In this document: positions 31,137 to 39,242 of the stretch, in pieces | How the letters are laid out: each line of letters starts with the position of its first letter | How positions within the stretch are numbered: position 1 is the stretch's first letter | From: an uncultured Desulfovibrionaceae bacterium | GTDB taxonomy: Bacteria > Desulfobacterota > Desulfovibrionia > Desulfovibrionales > Desulfovibrionaceae | Assembly: GCA_964371225.1 (NCBI GenBank) | Contig: CAYJNA010000001.1 | Location: 1,582 to 65,581, forward strand | Direction of reading: 5' to 3' | DNA length: 64,000 nt | Made by a program: the position numbers and the translations under genes | Notes under the pieces: generated by a model | Told to the model about the DNA's origin: nothing | What the model saw: only the letters and a program-made list of their open reading frames with translations | The model's database searches: none

Positions 31137-32816
31137 TTATTTTTTGAGAATATCTTTTTGTAATTGCTCCACTGTAACCGCTTTATAATTATTTTCTCGT
31201 GTGTATTGAAGATGTTTTTCGAATAATTGGATATTTTTTAATAGCTCTAAACTAAAAGTATCTCCAACAGAAGCTAAATCTTTTTTTACTTGTTGTAATG
31301 CTTCATTAATTAAGCTGCTATCATTGGCACGTAAGTCTTCAATTTTTGTTTTATAAAATTGCGTGGTTTGCCTAATGGCATTATGGAAATTTGTAATGCC
31401 GTTCTTTGCTTTTTGGATACTAGCATCAACTTTAGCAAGAACACTTTTATCGGTATTAGCTTTTTTCAAGCCTTCAAGATTAGTTATAGTACCTTGAATA
31501 ATGGCAATTCGAGAAGAAAAATTCTGTACTGATTCAATGAGATAGGCCATGTTACGAATTTCAGAAACAGCAGTGAGCATTTGCTGTCTTTCAAAAGCAA
31601 TATTATTTTCTTTTAAAATATTACGTAAATGCTGATAATTCTTTTTTTCTGCTTCGTCGGTGGTGCCAGCTATAAGACGATCAATTTCATCCAAAGGATT
31701 ATTTTTTGTATCTAATAAAAGACTTGGTTTTTCACCGGCTTGCGCCCATTCATTTTGCAAAACCTCTTGACGATTCCCCCCCGGAGTATTAATGCCGGAA
31801 AGGGCTAAACGAAAGCCCATATCACGTAGGTATACGGCTCCATCTACCTGAAAAAAAGCAACTTCTTCACGTCTACCGGGGTAAATTTCTTCTAAGCTTG
31901 AGAGAAAGCTTCCGCCTTTACGTATAAAGCCCCCAGCAGAACCATGTAAACGGCCGCCTAAAGAAAAGCGAAATACATCCATAACCATTTCAGCCACATT
32001 TCCTGCTGTATCATACAAGCCCAGCTTATTAGGCTTGCGTGAACCAATACGTAAGGGGCTTTCCTCGATTCGGGAGGCATTTTCGGGGCGATACACCGCA
32101 TATACGGTATGGTCTTCTCCATCACCCAAGGGGAAAAAATCTTCTTCTAAAAATTGTTGTGCCGTGGTGGTATGCCCCCCTCTGGCGGCATATTCCCATT
32201 CAATTTCTGTAGGAAGGCGTAAGTAGCCCACATTACGCGTGTCATCTTTAAAATGTGGTAAAGATTGCGGATGGTTTTGTAAAAGCCATTCTGTATATTT
32301 TTGTGTAAATTCCGTAGCTTCGTACCAAGAAATTTCTGTTTTTGGGCGTACATTTTCTGCTGAAGGAGCAGGGCATATGCCTTGCATAATAGCATCCCAT
32401 TGTAGGCCGGTTACTTCATATTTTCCTATGAGGTAGTAAAGAAAATCACCTGATGGAGTTTGCTTTTGCCAGGCCTTGGGTAAATCTCCTTTAGCAAAAG
32501 GTGCCGCAAGAGTGGCTGTATGGCGGCTATCATAATAAGCCCTATCTTCACTTTGTGCGTTGTCATAGCCAAAACGTGTGCTCATATCCCACAAAAAACC
32601 TTTGGCGGGTACGCCCACAATTTTAAAAATCATGGACATATCACAAGGCATGGGGAGAGAAATATCTCCTGAGCTGGGTACGGGGTTATATCCTTCTTCT
32701 AATTTTGCGCTTCCTTTTAGGGTCAACGCTGCATGTGCAGAGGAAGTAGCCCCCCCAAATCCTGCACAACCTAAACAAAAACATAAAGCCCAAGGAGCCA
32801 GCTTATTATATATCAC
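31137..32816 (-). CDS. Exported FGE-sulfatase (SUMF1/EgtB/PvdO) domain protein with a roughly 200-aa C-terminal coiled-coil region
   Basis: 559 aa. Signal or lipoprotein-like N-terminus (FCLGCAG). YLRLPTEIEWEYAARGG, LGLYDTAGNVAEMV and RKGGSF motifs of the FGE fold. The helical tail has heptad character. Confidence 0.8.
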   Translation of the reverse strand: MIYNKLAPWALCFCLGCAGFGGATSSAHAALTLKGSAKLEEGYNPVPSSGDISLPMPCDMSMIFKIVGVPAKGFLWDMSTRFGYDNAQSEDRAYYDSRHTATLAAPFAKGDLPKAWQKQTPSGDFLYYLIGKYEVTGLQWDAIMQGICPAPSAENVRPKTEISWYEATEFTQKYTEWLLQNHPQSLPHFKDDTRNVGYLRLPTEIEWEYAARGGHTTTAQQFLEEDFFPLGDGEDHTVYAVYRPENASRIEESPLRIGSRKPNKLGLYDTAGNVAEMVMDVFRFSLGGRLHGSAGGFIRKGGSFLSSLEEIYPGRREEVAFFQVDGAVYLRDMGFRLALSGINTPGGNRQEVLQNEWAQAGEKPSLLLDTKNNPLDEIDRLIAGTTDEAEKKNYQHLRNILKENNIAFERQQMLTAVSEIRNMAYLIESVQNFSSRIAIIQGTITNLEGLKKANTDKSVLAKVDASIQKAKNGITNFHNAIRQTTQFYKTKIEDLRANDSSLINEALQQVKKDLASVGDTFSLELLKNIQLFEKHLQYTRENNYKAVTVEQLQKDILKK

Positions 32817-34134
32817 GAATAACCTCCGAAGGTATAATTTTAGACGCTTTTATGGCTGGAATACACGTTGCGGCTAAAGATAAGAGAAGAACAATACCAA
32901 AGCCCAAAGCAAAATGTTCCGGCGGTAAGGAGCATATTTCTTCTGTGGCATCTTGTCTACTTTGTGCAAAAAGATATTCAATCAAATGTGCGGCAAGGCC
33001 ATAGAGCACAGCGGCAAGGGTGGAGCCCAAGGCAGCTGTTAAAAAACTTTGAAAAAGAGGGAAGACCATTATATCTGCCCCATTATAACCCACAAGGCGT
33101 AATATACCAAGATAGCGTTCTTTTCTGCGAACAGCAGCCAGGGCATGGCTGGCAGTGGATGCTAAAAAGCCCAAGGCAGCCGTGGTACCAATAAGCCCGA
33201 AAATTAAATTGAGCGAATCATTAAGCGCACGAACCGTGGCAATTTCTTCGGCCTTGGTGTACACATCAATGGATTTGGCGGCAAAAAGTTCACGTAAGGC
33301 CGTTACAGAGTCTAAGTCTTTGGCATACAAACGAAAAGCAGGGTACACACGAGCGCCTTCAGGGGCAATATCGCCTGTCCAGCCTTGCTCTTCGCTCAAA
33401 CGTACATCTTTTTGCGGTTGACGCCCATCACGAAAGTCTTCTGTGGCTTCCAAAAGCTGTAAAGGAACAAAGGCTACGTCTTTTTGTTGTACCGACAAGG
33501 GAAGAATGCTTTGCACCCATAATACCACTGTGGCGCGTTGTACCTTACCCTGATGTAAACGCTCCACTTGACCTTGTAAAAGGCTTTGTGTTGTGGCAGA
33601 AAGCTTACGTGCAGCTTCCGCAGAAAGGGTAATGGCAAAGGCATTGTCCGGTTTTTTTGCCGCATGTGTTACAGCCTGTGCGCTATCACCTTCTGGTGTT
33701 TTTGCTTCTTCCGATGATTTTTCCTTTTCTTCTGCATCTTGTTGCTGCATATAGGGCGCTAGTAGCGTATCTCCGGAGGCTGTGGGCTCAAGAGAAGCCG
33801 TAATGCGTTTTAGCATATTGGTTTCACCTAGTATGCGTATATCCATGGTAGAAGCGATAGAGCGTGTTTTTGGTAAAATAAAACCCACATGAGGATTTTT
33901 CGCCATTTCCTCAATCCATGCCTTGGTATAATGCCCACTAGATACAGGAATAATTTCTAAATTATGCGGATTATTTTGTAATCTATCTGTCATGGTGGTA
34001 ATAATGCCGTACTTTACCCCATACAAAACCAAAAGCGGCGTTAATACCGCTGCTAAAGAAAGAATAGCGCAAGCAGAAAGTAAAGTTTCATGGCAATAGT
34101 CTTTCATTGCCAATACGCATGATTTAGTTAACAT
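32806..34134 (-). CDS. ABC transporter permease, FtsX/MacB type
   Basis: 442 aa. TM1, a large (about 270 aa) extracytoplasmic domain with an acidic insert, then three C-terminal TM helices (FtsX domain). Overlaps both neighbours (7 and 11 nt). Confidence 0.75.
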   Translation of the reverse strand: MLTKSCVLAMKDYCHETLLSACAILSLAAVLTPLLVLYGVKYGIITTMTDRLQNNPHNLEIIPVSSGHYTKAWIEEMAKNPHVGFILPKTRSIASTMDIRILGETNMLKRITASLEPTASGDTLLAPYMQQQDAEEKEKSSEEAKTPEGDSAQAVTHAAKKPDNAFAITLSAEAARKLSATTQSLLQGQVERLHQGKVQRATVVLWVQSILPLSVQQKDVAFVPLQLLEATEDFRDGRQPQKDVRLSEEQGWTGDIAPEGARVYPAFRLYAKDLDSVTALRELFAAKSIDVYTKAEEIATVRALNDSLNLIFGLIGTTAALGFLASTASHALAAVRRKERYLGILRLVGYNGADIMVFPLFQSFLTAALGSTLAAVLYGLAAHLIEYLFAQSRQDATEEICSLPPEHFALGFGIVLLLSLAATCIPAIKASKIIPSEVIRDI

Positions 34135-34958
34135 GTGCCGCTCCCTATGCCTGCTGTTCCCACGGGTTTAACTTCGTATATATCTTGAGAGTTGGGGCTT
34201 TCTTCTTCCATATATTGGGGCTCCTGCCATGTGGTAGTGGCGCCCATATGCGCGTAAATTTGCCCTTCTTCGCGTGTAACTTCAGTGGTCACAAGCCGAA
34301 AACCAGCAGCTTTGGCGCTGTCTGGTGAATGGCTTACCATAACAACACTAATATGTTTTTCTTGTGCAATGGAAGTGAATAATTCCAAAACCAATTGCGC
34401 ATTGTAAGGATCTAACGATGCCACAGGTTCATCTGCTAAAATAAGCTTAGGCTCATGCACAAGAGCGCGCGCTATGGCAAAGCGTTGACGCTCCCCCACA
34501 GACATTTGCGCCGGTTTTTTTTGTAGTAAATGTGTAATATCTAAAATTTGTGCAAGGTTTACTATACCTTCTTTATGTTTTGCATCAACACAACATAAGG
34601 CAATATTTTCATACCCATTTAAAAAGGGAAGGAGCCCACCTGTTTGCAAGATATAGCCTATATACGTACGTCGCAAAGCTGCAAGAGAGCTTTGTTTGCC
34701 TTGACGCCAAAGTTGCAATATGTCCACAGGCATGTCTTGAGGGCAAAAGGAAAATACGCTGCCCTCCTGTATGCCAGGTTCTAAAGCTGTGGATAACATA
34801 TCCAAAGCTGTACTTTTGCCGCATCCGCTGGGGCCAACTAAGGCCACAAGCTCACCGCGCTGCACAGTAAAGCCTTCCATATGTAAGGAGAAGATTTCAC
34901 TAAGCCCATGCTGTTTATGCAAGTGGGCTATATTAATTATGGGTTGTGTTATATTCAT
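34128..34958 (-). CDS. ABC transporter ATP-binding protein
   Basis: 276 aa. Walker A GPSGCGKST, degenerate signature MSVGERQR, Walker B ILADEP and H-loop VSHS. About 50-aa C-terminal extension. Confidence 0.9.
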   Translation of the reverse strand: MNITQPIINIAHLHKQHGLSEIFSLHMEGFTVQRGELVALVGPSGCGKSTALDMLSTALEPGIQEGSVFSFCPQDMPVDILQLWRQGKQSSLAALRRTYIGYILQTGGLLPFLNGYENIALCCVDAKHKEGIVNLAQILDITHLLQKKPAQMSVGERQRFAIARALVHEPKLILADEPVASLDPYNAQLVLELFTSIAQEKHISVVMVSHSPDSAKAAGFRLVTTEVTREEGQIYAHMGATTTWQEPQYMEEESPNSQDIYEVKPVGTAGIGSGTC

Positions 34959-35115
34959 ATTTTCCGTGCTATGAGGTTATGTTGTGATAAAAAAACGGTT
35001 ATAATGGTGTAAAATATACTGTAAAAATAATATGATATAATATATTAAATGATTTTATTTTTATATAAAGTAGTTCAGATGATGATTAAAAATTTTGCTG
35101 TAATCAAAAATGTAA

Positions 35116-35152
35116 TTTGAGGGAAAACATACTGTAAAAGTTTTCCCTCAAA
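35116..35152 (-). terminator. Strong hairpin terminator ending the Srf-type operon
   Basis: Perfect 13-bp stem TTTGAGGGAAAAC / GTTTTCCCTCAAA with an 11-nt loop. It starts 22 nt after the vWA-gene stop and is followed on the minus strand by T-rich sequence. Confidence 0.65.
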
Positions 35153-35173
35153 CTACACGATAAAAATATACTA

Positions 35174-37117
35174 CTAAGGAAGCATGGTAAGCGGCACGCG
35201 ATACATCCAATCACCGGGATTAGTAGCGCCAAAACTTTCCCAATGACTGCGATCTTTGTCATATTCCTCATAACGAGCAAGACGAGATTTCAATCTATTG
35301 ATGAAAGTGGTTTGCTGACCAATGCTCATACGATACCAATCTTCTTCGCGCAGAAGCATAATGTCACTCTTATAGGGTAAGCCTTCTAAGAATTCACCCA
35401 AAACACCCAGCTGGGAAAGGTTTTGTCCTTGTGGCATGGGGCTATTGGGGTCACGCGCGGCGCGTGTGGATGCGGATAAGATACCTTGGAAAAAGTCTTT
35501 AGCATCGGTTTTTTTGGTACGCTCAGCATTATCAATAATAATGGAGAGTTGCTGACTAAGGTCATTAAGCTGATTCTTGGTTAAAAGTACAGCCACTTCT
35601 ACAGTGGAAACTTGCTCTCCGCGGGCAAGCTTTTGTAAATCCATATCGGCAATCCATGAATCAAGTACAGAAGGAGCCCGTACTTCATTGGCTTTACCAA
35701 AGTATTCTAATTGCATGGCATAGCCAAGGGCAGCCGCCATTTGCTTAGCTTCTTCTTCAGGATTAAGCTTTTTACCTGGTTCATTGGCAGGCTTTGTAAC
35801 AAGTTTTCCGTCCATGGTCATCTGTACCATGGAAACAATGCCGGAAGTTAAGGCTTTAGACGTGACGCCAAAGTTATTCACACCTTCTTGAATGGTGTTG
35901 GCATTGACAGAAAGATAATTGGAACGACTATCAGAAAGACGAGTTAACAAACGATATGCCTGTTCTGCTTCCGCATGATTTTTCTTCCCTTTAGGGGATT
36001 TTATGTGCAAAGCGGATAGGCGCACCCCTTTAGTGCGGGCATAGTCTGCCAATTCCGGCATATCCATTTTCACCGTTGCGTAAGGATCGCTGGGGGAAAG
36101 TGGCCCGGCATCAGTAATCACAATGAGCATTCTTGTGCTATAATCTGACCAGCTTAAAGAGTCCAAAGCCATTTTAATACCGGAAGGGGAGTTTTCCGTA
36201 AAAGTATGTGTGGACACGCTGGCTTCTTTTACTTTGGCCAGCTCCGTTTCTAACATTTTACGATCCTTGGCTGTCACAAGGTCACTGACAACACGACTTT
36301 CATACTCTGTACCGGGTTTTGCTTCTGGGCTGCTACGAAAAGCCACCACGCCAAAGGCCACATCATCTTCTAGATTAGCATTTTCCAACTGATCATACAC
36401 AGAGCGAATAACGTTAAGGCTCTGATCAATGTATGGCTTCATGGATATGGTGGTATCAATAACAAAAGCTATGGCTGTACGTGGTGTTGATTTAGACGCC
36501 TCTTCCTTACTTTGCCCAGGATCAATAGAGGCCACTTCTAAAAACTTTACGCCCTCAAAGGGGTCATTCATGGCCAAAATGGGCATAAGATAAAAACGTG
36601 AAGCATCTACAGCGCCTTCTTTTTCAGAAGGTTCTGTGGCAGCAACCTGAGCACCATCTAAGAGGTTTTGATTTTTATCAAGCACGGCTTTTTGAATATC
36701 AAAAAGTTTTTTCTCCATTTGTGTAGAAGTACAAATATCCATAAGTCCTTTTTCGTTTTTGAAAAAAACTAAAGGATTACGGGAGCTTCTTTCAGTAAAG
36801 AGAAGGGTGAGAGATTGATTCCATTCTGTTGACTTGGCTTGCTCAATCCAGCCTAAGGGTTGCGTTCCTGAAGGCCCCACCTGTAACCAACCATTTTGCT
36901 CTGCAAATACATAAAAAACTGTGAAGGGCTTTACATTTTCTTGCACTATGCCAGAAGAAGCACTGGGCCCTTGCATAATATCAGCGTCAGGATGCGTTAT
37001 AATTCGCTGATACAAAGTTTTTTTTCCCTCTTGTAATAGGGGAGTGGCTGCAAACACTTGACTATGCAAGGCGCTTAAAAAAGCCATGCACACAAGAAAA
37101 CATACAAGTTTACGCAT
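35174..37117 (-). CDS. Periplasmic von Willebrand factor A domain protein with an N-terminal SH3-like domain
   Basis: I trimmed the 687-aa track ORF to the internal ATG at 37117 (MRKLVCFLVCMAFLSALHS signal peptide, SD GGAG 8 nt upstream). This removes the overlap with the upstream gene. MIDAS-like AFVIDTTISM and GVVAFRS strands of a vWA fold, plus a roughly 250-aa uncharacterised C-terminal domain. Confidence 0.7.
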   Translation of the reverse strand: MRKLVCFLVCMAFLSALHSQVFAATPLLQEGKKTLYQRIITHPDADIMQGPSASSGIVQENVKPFTVFYVFAEQNGWLQVGPSGTQPLGWIEQAKSTEWNQSLTLLFTERSSRNPLVFFKNEKGLMDICTSTQMEKKLFDIQKAVLDKNQNLLDGAQVAATEPSEKEGAVDASRFYLMPILAMNDPFEGVKFLEVASIDPGQSKEEASKSTPRTAIAFVIDTTISMKPYIDQSLNVIRSVYDQLENANLEDDVAFGVVAFRSSPEAKPGTEYESRVVSDLVTAKDRKMLETELAKVKEASVSTHTFTENSPSGIKMALDSLSWSDYSTRMLIVITDAGPLSPSDPYATVKMDMPELADYARTKGVRLSALHIKSPKGKKNHAEAEQAYRLLTRLSDSRSNYLSVNANTIQEGVNNFGVTSKALTSGIVSMVQMTMDGKLVTKPANEPGKKLNPEEEAKQMAAALGYAMQLEYFGKANEVRAPSVLDSWIADMDLQKLARGEQVSTVEVAVLLTKNQLNDLSQQLSIIIDNAERTKKTDAKDFFQGILSASTRAARDPNSPMPQGQNLSQLGVLGEFLEGLPYKSDIMLLREEDWYRMSIGQQTTFINRLKSRLARYEEYDKDRSHWESFGATNPGDWMYRVPLTMLP

Positions 37118-37151
37118 GATACTGCTCCAATTAATGTTTTTATCGAATCTC

Positions 37152-37982
37152 TTAAAGTGTTTCTTTACTGTTGGTGTCAGATTTGTTTTGTGTATTTTCA
37201 AACCATTCCTCATATAAAGCAGTAAGAAGCCCTTCATCTTTTAAGTGTTTAATTTTTAGGCTCACTTCATCACGAAATTTTTTTTGTTTTTTAGAAAAAA
37301 GATAGCCGTAGTATTGTTCTTTTAAGCTGGGCTCTAAAATATGAGTGCCGCTTACATTTTGTATAATTTTTTGCAAGAAAACTTTGTCACCCAATAAAGC
37401 TTCTACTTCACCATTTTCCAACAAGTCTATAAGACTATCTTCATGCCTCAAAGCATAAATGATACCATTTTTTAAAGAATCAAAAGCGTATTTTTCTGCA
37501 GGGCTTCCTTTAAGAACACCTACAATGCTTGAAATAAGATCTTCATTACTGTCAAGGGGACTTTGCTCCAGCACTAAGGCGTGCAAATTAGATTGCAAAT
37601 GCGATTCAGAAAAAAGAAAACGATCTTGCAATCTTTGTGTAATCATGCGGCTAGAAAGAAGCATATGGCAGCTTCCATTATCCAACATGGCTAAACCTGT
37701 AGCAAAGTCTGTAGTAATAAATTCAATAGAATATGGTAATTCCATAGCTTGAAGTACCGCAATGTCAAAACCGCGCCGTACACCGTCTTCATCGTGAAAA
37801 ATGTACGGCGGGTTATCTACTGGTAAACAAATGGGAATCATTTGCTGTGCGTAACTAGGCGAAACACAAAGTGAAAAAATGCATATTGAAAAAAGAAACA
37901 TTCTTTTTTTATAGTGCTCAAAAGTTGCTCTACTTCTTGGAAATAGGCCATTTACGGTTTTTGCTTTTTCACTTCTTATCAT
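37152..37982 (-). CDS. Periplasmic solute-binding-protein family 3 (PBPb)-like protein
   Basis: 276 aa. Signal peptide (FSLCVSPSYAQ). PPYIFHDEDGVRRGFDIAVLQAM and ..GEVEALLGDK.. pattern of amino-acid-type SBPs. No cognate permease or ATPase of that class is adjacent. Confidence 0.65.
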   Translation of the reverse strand: MIRSEKAKTVNGLFPRSRATFEHYKKRMFLFSICIFSLCVSPSYAQQMIPICLPVDNPPYIFHDEDGVRRGFDIAVLQAMELPYSIEFITTDFATGLAMLDNGSCHMLLSSRMITQRLQDRFLFSESHLQSNLHALVLEQSPLDSNEDLISSIVGVLKGSPAEKYAFDSLKNGIIYALRHEDSLIDLLENGEVEALLGDKVFLQKIIQNVSGTHILEPSLKEQYYGYLFSKKQKKFRDEVSLKIKHLKDEGLLTALYEEWFENTQNKSDTNSKETL

Positions 37983-38006
37983 ATACGCAATGCTCCTTAA
38001 ATATTT

Positions 38007-39233
38007 TTACTTTTTCCAAATGTTTAATAGTTCTTTTGCTGAAGCATCGCCTTTTTGAGCTGCTTCTTCTGCCCAGGTGCGTAATCGTTCTAAAGAGGCC
38101 GCTGCTTGCGCATCTCCGGCTTGCTGGGCTCTGGTATACCATGTATAGGCTTCACGAGCATCGGGAGTTATAGTTCCTTTAGCTTCTGTGGAGCTGGGGT
38201 CATAATAGGTACCAAGGCCGTTCATAGCTTCATTCATGCCTTTTTGAGCTGCATCTTCCAATAAAAGAAAAATAGCATCCTGTGCCTTTACGTCATTGGC
38301 TGCTTGTTCTTTTAATGATTGAGCAAGATTATAGCTCTTTTCAGCGGCGTCATTTTTACGCATAAGTTCTCTGGCAGATTCCATGGGCCCCAATGGCGTT
38401 GTGGAGCTTTCAGTTTTTTGTGTATCTTCTGTTGCGCCTTGAGCGTCATTGGCAGCATCGTTGTCAGACTCTTTACCAGCATCTTCTTTAGTAGCATCTT
38501 CTTGTGCAGCATCTTGAACGTCGTCATCCTTAGCGGTGTCATTTTTGGCATCTGCATCATTTTGAGCGGCATCATCTTCAGCTTTGTCTGCATCATCTTT
38601 TTGAGTTTCTTCAGTGGTGGTGCCATCTTGCGCAGCTGTATCTTTATATTGTGTGAAATACCACCACAGGGCACCGCCTAAAAGTGCGCATAAAAGCACT
38701 ATGCCTAATATAATTGGAAGAGGGCTTTTTTTAACCGGCTCTTCAGGGGGCATATCCACGCTAGGTAGGGGGTCTGGTTCGGGGCTAGCTTCCGGCATGG
38801 GCTCCGGTTCTGGTATGGGTTCTGGTTCCGGCTCTGGAGCAGGCTCTGCCACCACTGCGGCCGCCGCCACAGGAGCTGCCATCCCCACACCCTGACCACC
38901 GGCCATGGATGATTGCAAAATATCATCAATAACAAGATTATAGGTAGTTACGGTACCTGTGGCATCTTTGATATGTAATTTGTACATATCAAGCTTATCA
39001 AGATGGTCTACCACATTGGGACCCACAGCAAGGCGCAATACTTCATTTTCACAATCCCATGCTTCAGGCTCTAAAAAAACTTCGGCACTTTGCCAACCTT
39101 CGGGAGAAAGGGAATTTCTGTCAGAAGCATTAATAAGAGCAAAAGTAGGCACGGAGGTACACTGTAAAGGTGTTACAATGATAATACCGTTTCCTGGGCC
39201 TTTGTGCGGATCTGGAATAAAACTAGCTGGCAT
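38007..39233 (-). CDS. Bitopic membrane protein: N-terminal globular domain, Pro/Glu-rich linker, TM, acidic low-complexity region, C-terminal Sel1-like repeats
   Basis: 408 aa. PEPEPEPIPEPEPMPEASPEPDP, TM LPIILGIVLLCALLGGALWWYF, and a D/A/K/E-rich stretch of about 80 aa. C-terminus GMNEAMNGLGTYY...AYTWYTRAQQAGDAQAAASLERL is Sel1/TPR-like. Confidence 0.6.
   Translation of the reverse strand: MPASFIPDPHKGPGNGIIIVTPLQCTSVPTFALINASDRNSLSPEGWQSAEVFLEPEAWDCENEVLRLAVGPNVVDHLDKLDMYKLHIKDATGTVTTYNLVIDDILQSSMAGGQGVGMAAPVAAAAVVAEPAPEPEPEPIPEPEPMPEASPEPDPLPSVDMPPEEPVKKSPLPIILGIVLLCALLGGALWWYFTQYKDTAAQDGTTTEETQKDDADKAEDDAAQNDADAKNDTAKDDDVQDAAQEDATKEDAGKESDNDAANDAQGATEDTQKTESSTTPLGPMESARELMRKNDAAEKSYNLAQSLKEQAANDVKAQDAIFLLLEDAAQKGMNEAMNGLGTYYDPSSTEAKGTITPDAREAYTWYTRAQQAGDAQAAASLERLRTWAEEAAQKGDASAKELLNIWKK
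38730..38849 (-). repeat. Coding low-complexity (Ala/Pro then Pro-Glu dipeptide repeats)
   Basis: Encodes AEPAPEPEPEPIPEPEPMPEASPEPDPLP. GC-rich periodic DNA in an otherwise AT-rich gene. Confidence 0.7.
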
Positions 39234-39242
39234 GATATATCC

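Noticed and set aside
37118-37237. N-terminal 40-codon extension of the vWA ORF overlapping the SBP-like gene by 86 nt
   Set aside because: The extension has no SD, and it precedes an internal Met that starts a textbook signal peptide with its own SD. It is treated as an ORF-caller artefact.
38312-38895. 120-aa ORFs on both strands and a 93-aa ORF inside the Sel1-protein gene
   Set aside because: These are alternative or antisense frames of the acidic D/A/K and Pro-Glu repeat regions. They have no independent start signals.
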